Shown here: one piece after another, positions 49,773 to 57,708 of the stretch
Position numbering within the stretch: position 1 is the stretch's first letter
Layout: each line of letters opens with the position of its first letter
Source of the DNA: a virus
Strand: one strand, 5' to 3'
DNA length: 64,000 nucleotides
IMG/VR virus record: IMGVR_UViG_3300023179_000021
Coordinates: 1 to 64,000 of that record
Made by a program: the position numbers and the translations under genes
The notes under the pieces: generated by a model
The model's input: the letters and a program-made list of their open reading frames with translations, nothing else
The model's database searches: none
Told to the model about the DNA's origin: nothing

Positions 49773-50654
49773 ATGGCAATATCACTAAGAACACTATTAG
49801 GCGCAGGCGTATCGGGTTATTCGGGTAAATCCGGTTTTTCTGGTTATTCTGGCACTTCGGGTACTTCTGCTTATTCCGGTATTTCAGGTTTTTCTGGCCG
49901 ATCAGGTTATTCTGGTATCTCTGGTTATTCTGGAATATCTGGTTATTCCGGCATTTCTGGTTATTCTGGTTATTCCGGCATTTCTGGTTATTCTGGTTAT
50001 TCCGGCATCTCTGGTTATTCTGGTTATAGTGGTTATTCTGGTGTTTCTGGATATAGTGCGGCTTCACCTGGACCAGAAGGTGTATCTGGTTATTCTGGTT
50101 ACTCTGGTTATTCCGGCATCTCTGGGTATTCAAGTTATTCCGGCATCTCTGGTTATTCCGGCATTTCCGGTTATTCCGGCATTTCCGGTTATTCCGGCAT
50201 TTCCGGTTATTCTGGTGCTTCAGGCCCATCCACCACAATTAATGCTACAAATGATACAACAACAGCTTCTGATTTTTATCCGGTATTTGTTGCAGCTACA
50301 GGTTCAAACCAGACAGCCACAGCATCTTCAACCAAACTTTATTTTAGGCCATCTACTGGCCAGTTGAGTGCTACAGATTTCAATACACTTTCTGATGTAG
50401 CGTATAAAGAAAATATTGAGCCAATTAATAATGCGCTAAATAAGATATTAGAGTTGCGTGGCGTTTCTTATCGTATGAAAGGTTCTAAAAAGCAATCTTT
50501 GGGTGTTATTGCACAAGAAATTCAACATATATTGCCTGAAGTTGTTAATCAAAATGATAATGGTGATAAAACAGTTTCTTATAACCACATTATTGCTGTA
50601 CTAATTGAAGCTATTAAAGAACTTAAAGAAGAGATAGACCGATTTAAAAAATAA
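49773..50654 (+). CDS. Short collagen-like (Ser-Gly-X)n fibre with peptidase S74 chaperone
   Basis: SGY/SGI triplets; C-terminus closely similar to the upstream fibre. Confidence 0.85.
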   Translation: MAISLRTLLGAGVSGYSGKSGFSGYSGTSGTSAYSGISGFSGRSGYSGISGYSGISGYSGISGYSGYSGISGYSGYSGISGYSGYSGYSGVSGYSAASPGPEGVSGYSGYSGYSGISGYSSYSGISGYSGISGYSGISGYSGISGYSGASGPSTTINATNDTTTASDFYPVFVAATGSNQTATASSTKLYFRPSTGQLSATDFNTLSDVAYKENIEPINNALNKILELRGVSYRMKGSKKQSLGVIAQEIQHILPEVVNQNDNGDKTVSYNHIIAVLIEAIKELKEEIDRFKK

Positions 50655-50668
50655 AATTTGGAGTTGTT

Positions 50669-52603
50669 ATGAAATATAGTGTGGTGATACCAACATATAA
50701 TCACTGTGATGATTTTCTTAAACCATGTATCGAATCAATTTTAGAATACACTCATATGAAAGACATAGAATTAATTGTGTCAGCCAATGGGTGTACCGAT
50801 AACACAAAAGAATACCTTGAAAGTCTAAAACTTAATACAAGTATTCATCTAAAAATAATTTGGTCCGATAGTGCAATTGGTTTTGCCAAAGCTGTTAATT
50901 TAGGCATTAAAGCCGCATCTTGTGATAAAATTATTCTTCTTAATAATGATACCAAACTTCTTCAACAAGAAAAAAACACCTGGTTAAATTTACTTGAAGC
51001 ACCCTTTGAAAATGAAAAATGTGGTATTTCTTGTGTGGTAAAAGAATACTCTAAAGTAATGAATAAAGATTTTGCTGTTTTCTTTTGTGTAATGATTGAC
51101 CGAAAAGTGTTTAATACCATTGGTTATTTAAATGAAGAATATGAAATTGGTTCAGGCGAAGATATGGAATTTTCTATTCTTGCCGAAGCGGCTGGGTTTC
51201 AAGTTACACAAGTTTCTGATAAAATAAAACTTGATCGAAAATATTTTACTGGTTCTTTTCCCATATATCATTTTGGTGAAGGTACTGTACACGACGAATC
51301 TTTAGTGCCGAATTGGAGTTCTGTATTTTTAAAAAATGCTTTGAAGGTAGCTAAGAAACATAATGAAGAATGGAGAAAAGAAAAAAACATGAATCATCCT
51401 AAAATTGGTGTAATTACTCCCGTTTATAATGATACCGAACATTTATTTCATGCAATTAATTCGGTAGAAACTCAAAATTTAGGTAATGTTGTACACTTTA
51501 TCTATGATGACTGTTCAACCGATGGCCTTGTAAATTCGGTCAGAGATTATATGAAAGGCAACAAATCGATTGTCTATATGAAAGGCATTGAAAACAAAGG
51601 CCAAGCACATTCAAGAAATCAAGCAATCACTGCAGCTCTCGCCGAGGGTTGCAATTATTTAGCTTTTTTAGATTCAGATGATGTTTGGTTTCCAAATCAT
51701 TTACAAAGAGCACTTGATGATTTAAGAACTAAAAATTGTGACATTGTTTATTCAACTCCACAATTTGTAACTGAAGATGGCCAAATTGTTTTTCCTTATA
51801 ACATTCCAGTGCCACATGTTTTTATTGGCAAACAACTAAGACATAATAACTTTATTTGGGTTTCAAGTGTCGTTTGTAATGCTCGTTGTTTTCTTTATGA
51901 AAAATTTGATGATACATTAAACAGCGTTGAAGAATGGGATATGTGGATTAGATTAGATGCAAGAGGATATAAATTTTATAAAGATGATGAAATAACCACT
52001 CGTTATTTGGTTCGTGATGGGTCGCAAGCCTCAAAGGGTGGTGAAAAGATGCCATTGTTTTGGCAGAAACATCAACAGTTACCGCAACTTAAATTACATT
52101 TGGCTTGTGGCCACGATTATGATGAGGATTATATCAACATTGATTTATATGCTCCTGAAGATGCTAGATGTGATATTCGTTTTGATGTTCAAAAATTACC
52201 GTATGATGATAATACCATTGATGAAATCAAGGCCTTTCATATCATTGAACATTTTCACTTTTTTGAAATACAAGAAGTTCTCAAAGAATGGCATCGTGTG
52301 CTGAAGCCCGGCGGAAAATTATATCTTGAAACTCCGGATTTTTTAGAAACTTGTCGTTCTTTTGTTGAAGGTAGTCCGATACCAGGTTATGATATAGAAC
52401 AATGGAGAATTTTGTTATACGGTCATTTTTTCGCTCATGCTTGGATTCCTGGGCAAATACATAAATTTTTATTTACTGAAACACAACTTAGAACAAACCT
52501 TGGATGGGCTGGGTTTAAAACTGTAAACCGTGTTCGGCCGGCGTCTAAGTATGTAATGAACGAAACACATCATTTATTTTTAACAGTTGAGGCTTTTAAG
52601 TGA
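50669..52603 (+). CDS. GT2-GT2-methyltransferase multidomain protein
   Basis: YSVVIPTYN..LLNND; IGVITPVYN..DDCSTD..FLDSDD; LHLACG..HIIEHF..RVLKPGG.L. Confidence 0.85.
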   Translation: MKYSVVIPTYNHCDDFLKPCIESILEYTHMKDIELIVSANGCTDNTKEYLESLKLNTSIHLKIIWSDSAIGFAKAVNLGIKAASCDKIILLNNDTKLLQQEKNTWLNLLEAPFENEKCGISCVVKEYSKVMNKDFAVFFCVMIDRKVFNTIGYLNEEYEIGSGEDMEFSILAEAAGFQVTQVSDKIKLDRKYFTGSFPIYHFGEGTVHDESLVPNWSSVFLKNALKVAKKHNEEWRKEKNMNHPKIGVITPVYNDTEHLFHAINSVETQNLGNVVHFIYDDCSTDGLVNSVRDYMKGNKSIVYMKGIENKGQAHSRNQAITAALAEGCNYLAFLDSDDVWFPNHLQRALDDLRTKNCDIVYSTPQFVTEDGQIVFPYNIPVPHVFIGKQLRHNNFIWVSSVVCNARCFLYEKFDDTLNSVEEWDMWIRLDARGYKFYKDDEITTRYLVRDGSQASKGGEKMPLFWQKHQQLPQLKLHLACGHDYDEDYINIDLYAPEDARCDIRFDVQKLPYDDNTIDEIKAFHIIEHFHFFEIQEVLKEWHRVLKPGGKLYLETPDFLETCRSFVEGSPIPGYDIEQWRILLYGHFFAHAWIPGQIHKFLFTETQLRTNLGWAGFKTVNRVRPASKYVMNETHHLFLTVEAFK

Positions 52604-53562
52604 GTATATTGTGTTCTATTTCCACTAAAGGTAGATATGATACAACACTACCAATGGCTATACAATCGGTTATTACACAAACTCTTTTACCAAATAAATT
52701 TGTATTGTTTGATGATAATGATGAACCAAAAGATTTAAGAGATATACAACATTATCAATACCTTTTTAAAATTCTCGACGAAAAAAATATTCAATGGGAA
52801 GTAGTTTTTGGACCTAAAAAAGGCCAACATCACAATCATCAAATAGCTAACAGTATGAATTATGAATGGGTTTGGAGGTTAGATGATGACACAGTGGCTG
52901 AATCAAATGTTCTAGAAAATTTAATGTCTTATACAAATTCAAAAGTTGGTGCAGTTGGTGGTTCAATATTAACACCACCATATATTAAAGGCCTTCAGTC
53001 AACCGGAAAAATTGAAAATATTGAAGAACAAAATATTCAATGGGATATGATAACAAATGTTAAAGAAGTTGACCATTTACATTGTTCTTTTGTTTATCGT
53101 GCCGGTATTCAAGACTATAACCTTTCATTATCGAGAGCAGCATTTCGTGAAGAAACATTATTTACTTTTGGTTTAAAACAAAAAGGCTATAAATTACTTG
53201 TCGTACCAAATGCTATAACTTGGCATCTTAAAAATCAATCTGGTGGTGTAAGAACAAATACCAAAGAAATGTTCGACAATGATGATCGAATATTTAAAAA
53301 CTTTTTGCAATTTAAAGATAAAACAATTGTAGTTCTTGATTGTGGTATGGGCGACCACATAGTATTTTCACATGTGCTTGATGACATACCAAATGCTGAA
53401 ATATTTTCTTGCTATCCCGACATAGTGCCAGGTCGAAGTATTGCTGAAGCTATAGATTTATTTGGTGAAATAGATCAATTCAATGTTTACAGAAAAATGG
53501 ATCAATGGAATTGGAAAGATTCATTAGAAAATGCCTTTCGAAAGATGTATATTGTAAAATGA
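52600..53562 (+). CDS. GT2-like glycosyltransferase with a C-terminal GT9-like N-domain
   Basis: QSVITQT..FDDND..WRLDDD..REET; CGMGDHI. Confidence 0.75.
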   Translation: MSILCSISTKGRYDTTLPMAIQSVITQTLLPNKFVLFDDNDEPKDLRDIQHYQYLFKILDEKNIQWEVVFGPKKGQHHNHQIANSMNYEWVWRLDDDTVAESNVLENLMSYTNSKVGAVGGSILTPPYIKGLQSTGKIENIEEQNIQWDMITNVKEVDHLHCSFVYRAGIQDYNLSLSRAAFREETLFTFGLKQKGYKLLVVPNAITWHLKNQSGGVRTNTKEMFDNDDRIFKNFLQFKDKTIVVLDCGMGDHIVFSHVLDDIPNAEIFSCYPDIVPGRSIAEAIDLFGEIDQFNVYRKMDQWNWKDSLENAFRKMYIVK

Positions 53563-53987
53563 TAATTATTTCTCCTTATTCAAAACCTCTTCGTAATGGA
53601 CAAAATAATCCTAAAAATTACCCATATTGGAAAGAACTGATTTCATTAATTAAAGAACCAATTATACAAGTGGGAACTAATGAAGAAATTCAACTTGTAA
53701 AAGAGTTTCATAAAAATTTATCAATACCTGAGCTTCGAAACCTTATAAATTCATGTCGAACATGGATTTCAGTTGACAGTTTTTTTCAGCATTTAGCCTG
53801 GGATCAAGGTAAACCCGGCATTGTGCTTTGGGGGCAATCAGATCCGTTGATATTTGGTCATCCTGAAAACACAAATTTATTAAAAGATCGTTCTTATTTG
53901 CGGGAAAAACAATTTTGGTTGTGGGAACAATGTAACTATAGAAAGGAGGCCTTTGTCGAACCGGCAGAAGTTCTAAAGTATTTGTAA
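53559..53987 (+). CDS. GT9-like glycosyltransferase C-terminal domain
   Basis: KNYPYW..IQVG..ISVDSFFQHLA...KPGIVLWG. Confidence 0.72.
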   Translation: MIIISPYSKPLRNGQNNPKNYPYWKELISLIKEPIIQVGTNEEIQLVKEFHKNLSIPELRNLINSCRTWISVDSFFQHLAWDQGKPGIVLWGQSDPLIFGHPENTNLLKDRSYLREKQFWLWEQCNYRKEAFVEPAEVLKYL

Positions 53988-53995
53988 GATAAATA
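53988..53995 (+). promoter_or_regulatory. T4-type late promoter (GATAAATA) upstream of gp13
   Basis: TAAATA core in a short intergenic region followed by AAGGA RBS. Confidence 0.6.
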
Positions 53996-54016
53996 CTTTA
54001 TAAACAAGGATTTCTT

Positions 54017-54970
54017 ATGGCCACTCCAACAACAAGAACACAATTTCGTGATTACTGCCTTAGACGGCTAGGATTTCCAGTCATTGATATTAATGTCGAT
54101 GACGATCAAATTGATGATAGAATTGATGATGCACTGAGTTTTTTCTATGATTACCACTACGATGGAACAGAAAAACTTTTCATGAAGCATCAAATAACAC
54201 AAACAGACATCGACCGCCGTTGGATTTATTGTCCCGATGCGGTGCTTTTTGTCACTGGCGTTCTTCGTTTTGATGATTCAAATTCTTCAATTAATATGTT
54301 TGACCTTAGATACCAATTAAGGCTACATGATTTATATGATTTCACTTCAGTTTCTTATGTTTCGTATGAAATTACCATGCAACATATTCAATCTTTAAAC
54401 CTTCTTTTTTCTGGAACACCACAATTTCGTTTTAATCGTTTGCAAAACAAAGTATTTTTAGACATTGATTGGACAAGAGATGTTGAAGTTGGAGATTATG
54501 TAATTATTGAATGTTATCGTAAAATGGCACCAGAAACTGTTAGTCTTACAGGCACAGCCGCACTTACATCTGGTAACACAACGGTTACAGGAACTGGTAC
54601 AAAATTTGACCAAGAAATTGTAGAAAATGATTTTGTAACATTTGGCTCCGAAACAATTCAAGTCAGTAAAATTATTTCGCCAACTAGCATAACACTAACT
54701 ACTGCACCATCAGCAACAAATGCTGCAGCAACAATGACAGTTTCCGGCCTCACTGATGTTTGGGATACTCGTTTTTTAAAAGCTTATGCCACTGCTAAAA
54801 TTAAAATGCAGTGGGGTTCTAATCTTAAAAAATTCGGTGGCATACAAATGCCTGGTGGAGTTACATTAAATGGCCAACAAATTTATGATGAAGCTATGGA
54901 AGAAATTAAATATCTTGAAGAGCAAATGTATAACTCAACAAGTATGCCTAGTGAAATTATGATAGGGTAA
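54017..54970 (+). CDS. gp13: Neck protein
   Basis: YCLRRLG.PVIDINVDDDQIDDRIDDAL; K.QWG.NL.KF.G.Q.PGGVTLNG. Confidence 0.93.
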   Translation: MATPTTRTQFRDYCLRRLGFPVIDINVDDDQIDDRIDDALSFFYDYHYDGTEKLFMKHQITQTDIDRRWIYCPDAVLFVTGVLRFDDSNSSINMFDLRYQLRLHDLYDFTSVSYVSYEITMQHIQSLNLLFSGTPQFRFNRLQNKVFLDIDWTRDVEVGDYVIIECYRKMAPETVSLTGTAALTSGNTTVTGTGTKFDQEIVENDFVTFGSETIQVSKIISPTSITLTTAPSATNAAATMTVSGLTDVWDTRFLKAYATAKIKMQWGSNLKKFGGIQMPGGVTLNGQQIYDEAMEEIKYLEEQMYNSTSMPSEIMIG

Positions 54971-54973
54971 TTT

Positions 54974-55882
54974 GTGCCTACTAACCTATATTTTAACCAC
55001 TTTCCTAAAAATCAAATAACAAGTGAGCAACTTCTTGTTGAAGATTTGGTTATTGAAGCCATGCAGATTTATGGTATGGATGTTTATTACCTTCCAAGAA
55101 CTGTAAGAGGGGGAAATGAAGTAGATTATATTTACGGTGAAGATACGTTAAAAGAATATAAGGTAGCACATCCATTAGAAATGTATCTTGAAAATGTAAC
55201 AGGTATGGATGGCGAAGGTGATTTTATTTCCAAATTTGGCCTTGAAATTCGTGATGAATTATCTCTATTGGTTTCTAGAAAACGTTTTAGATATGCAACA
55301 AGAAATAGCCAATTAATAAGGCCAAGAGAGGGTGACTTGGTTTATGTTCCTCTCATGAAAAATTTTTTTGAAATTACTTTTGTTGAAAGTGAAAATGACC
55401 AAGCCATGTTTTATACTCTTGGTCGCGGTCGTGGTGGTAATGTATATGTTTATGCTATGAAATTAAAACAATTTGTATTTTCAAATGAAATTATTGAAAC
55501 TGGTATTGCTGAAGTTGATGAACAAATTCGTGATAATTATTTTCGAACCAAAATTACATTGACAACTGGTTCTGGCTATTATTCAAATGGTGAAATTGTT
55601 TATCAAGGCACCAGTCTTGCAAATGCTAATGCACAGGCTATCGTTGAAAGTTTTGATTTAGTGAGCGCAAGTAAATACATTCAAATTATTCGTGTACAAG
55701 GTAATTTCACCACTGCAAACGTAATTGGCGTAACAAGTGGCGCATCTTGGATGGCCAATGTTGTTTCCGATACTGCTACAATGGATAATGCTTTTGAAGA
55801 CATTGTTGATAATAATCGTATTGAAGGTGAAGCTGATGCAATACTTGATTGGACAGAAACTAACCCATTTGGTGAATCATAA
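54974..55882 (+). CDS. gp14: Neck protein
   Basis: EQLLVEDLVIE..IYG.DVYYLPR; SKFGLEIRDE; PREGDL.Y; E.NPFG. Confidence 0.93.
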   Translation: MPTNLYFNHFPKNQITSEQLLVEDLVIEAMQIYGMDVYYLPRTVRGGNEVDYIYGEDTLKEYKVAHPLEMYLENVTGMDGEGDFISKFGLEIRDELSLLVSRKRFRYATRNSQLIRPREGDLVYVPLMKNFFEITFVESENDQAMFYTLGRGRGGNVYVYAMKLKQFVFSNEIIETGIAEVDEQIRDNYFRTKITLTTGSGYYSNGEIVYQGTSLANANAQAIVESFDLVSASKYIQIIRVQGNFTTANVIGVTSGASWMANVVSDTATMDNAFEDIVDNNRIEGEADAILDWTETNPFGES

Positions 55883-56874
55883 TGTTAGGTAACGACTTTT
55901 TTAGTCACCGCACCATACGAAAAGTTGTTGTAGCCTTTGGCACAATGTTTAATGATTTAATTATAACTAGAATCACACATTCTGGCGCTCAAAAAGAACA
56001 TTTTAAGATTCCATTGTCATATGGTGCAAAAGAAAAATACTTGACACTGATTACTTCGGATCCAACATTGACAAAATCAATTGCTGTAACAGTGCCCAGA
56101 ATTTCATTTAACCTTGACAGTTTATCTTATGATCCAACTCGTAAACAAATGTCAACGATACGGAACTTCTCCGCTAATACATCAACAGCAACTAAAACAC
56201 AATTTGCTCCAGTTCCATATAACTTTGAGTTTTCATTGTCAATATATGTAAGAAATACAGAAGATGGCACACAAATACTTGAACAAATACTTCCATTTTT
56301 TACACCAGATTTTACAGTTACGGTAGATTTTATTCCTTCAATGGATCAAAAATATGATTTACCTATTATACTTAATTCTGTAACATCAACAGTTGACTAT
56401 GAAGGTGACATGTCCACCACACGTTTGATTATGTGGGATTTATCATTTACTGTAAAAGGTTATGTTTGGCCACCAATTAAATCTGGCGAAATTATACGTC
56501 AAGCTAATACAAACATTTATTATCAACCACAAAGTTTAGATGGTCAAGTTGTTTTTGTTGATTATGCCAATGGTACAGGACAATATTTACAATCAGAAAC
56601 TATTCGTGTGGATGATCGATTAGTAAGTGGCCGCGTTCTTTATTTTAGTAACAGTAATACTGGGATATTAATTGCTACAAGTTTAAATAAATTGCTTGAG
56701 GTTGGAGATGTAGTCATCGGTGATATAAGTAATGCATCATTTACAATATCAACTGTAGAAAATACAGCACTTAAACAAACAGCAATAGTTACCACTCCAA
56801 ACCCATCAAATGCTTTACCCGATGATGAATTTGGATTCAATGAAACAATCATCAACTGGCCTAATACGGTATGA
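55882..56874 (+). CDS. gp15: Tail sheath stabiliser / tail terminator
   Basis: TIRKVVVAFGTMFN..PLSYG.KEK..QILEQILPFF.P. Confidence 0.92.
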   Translation: MLGNDFFSHRTIRKVVVAFGTMFNDLIITRITHSGAQKEHFKIPLSYGAKEKYLTLITSDPTLTKSIAVTVPRISFNLDSLSYDPTRKQMSTIRNFSANTSTATKTQFAPVPYNFEFSLSIYVRNTEDGTQILEQILPFFTPDFTVTVDFIPSMDQKYDLPIILNSVTSTVDYEGDMSTTRLIMWDLSFTVKGYVWPPIKSGEIIRQANTNIYYQPQSLDGQVVFVDYANGTGQYLQSETIRVDDRLVSGRVLYFSNSNTGILIATSLNKLLEVGDVVIGDISNASFTISTVENTALKQTAIVTTPNPSNALPDDEFGFNETIINWPNTV

Positions 56875-57272
56875 AAAAAATAAATGAAAAATTATCGGAG
56901 CTGTTTGAAGTTGAACCAATAATAATAGAACAACCTAAAGTTGAAACAGTTATTGTTTCTGAAACTAACCCTGTTGATTCCGATGCAGAATTTGCTCGTA
57001 AAAATATTCGTGATTTATTACAAAAAGGCGGTTATGCAATTGATGAATTATTAATGGTTGCAAAACATTCTGAATCACCGAGAGCCTATGAAGTGGCTGC
57101 CAATTTAATTAAGAATTTATCTGATCTAAATAAAGACCTATTAGAGATTCAAAAACGCAAAAAAGATTTAGTTGCTGACAAAGCCGGATCAAAAGATGTG
57201 AATATTGATAAAGCTGTTTTCGTCGGTTCAACCGCAGAATTAATGAAACTTTTAAAAACAAATAAGGCATAA
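56871..57272 (+). CDS. gp16: Terminase small subunit
   Basis: D.EFARKN..SESPRAYEVA..AVFVGSTAEL.K.L. Confidence 0.9.
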   Translation: MKKINEKLSELFEVEPIIIEQPKVETVIVSETNPVDSDAEFARKNIRDLLQKGGYAIDELLMVAKHSESPRAYEVAANLIKNLSDLNKDLLEIQKRKKDLVADKAGSKDVNIDKAVFVGSTAELMKLLKTNKA

Positions 57273-57273
57273 A

Positions 57274-57708
57274 ATGGAAAAATTAATTGAACAATTGAAA
57301 GTTATTTTGGGTACAAATTTTGCACTATATTACAAAGCACACAGCTACCATTGGAATGTAGAAGGGCCTGATTTTCCTCAATACCACAAATTTTTGAAAA
57401 AACTTTATTCAGCAATTTTTGAAAATGTTGATAATATTGCCGAACAAATACGTGCTCTTGATTCTTATGCACCAACTAGTTTATCAAGAATATTAGAACT
57501 TTCAGATATTAGTGAGACTGATATAATACCAAGTCCTTTGATTATGATGGCTAATTTAAAAAATGAAAATGATCGTTTTATGATACATGTTCGTGCTGGA
57601 ATTGTAGCTGCTAATGAAGCTGATGAGCCCGGAATTTCAAATTTTCTCCAAGACATTTTAAATCAACATCAAAAACATTCTTGGATGCTTCGTAGTATTA
57701 TTAAATAA
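57274..57708 (+). CDS. dps: Dps/ferritin-like protein
   Basis: KAHSYHWNVEG.DF..YH..D.IAEQIR.L..H.KH.WMLRS. Confidence 0.9.
   Translation: MEKLIEQLKVILGTNFALYYKAHSYHWNVEGPDFPQYHKFLKKLYSAIFENVDNIAEQIRALDSYAPTSLSRILELSDISETDIIPSPLIMMANLKNENDRFMIHVRAGIVAANEADEPGISNFLQDILNQHQKHSWMLRSIIK

Noticed and set aside
47148-50367. Gln/Asn/Lys-rich antisense ORFs and Val/Leu/Phe-rich alternate-frame ORFs
   Set aside because: Shadows of the 9-bp SGX periodicity.
33301-53987. Enzyme cluster as a DNA hypermodification locus
   Set aside because: Not favoured: I see no nucleotide-pathway, TET/JBP-like or DNA-glucosyltransferase context, and the genes sit in a late structural operon. Not formally excluded.
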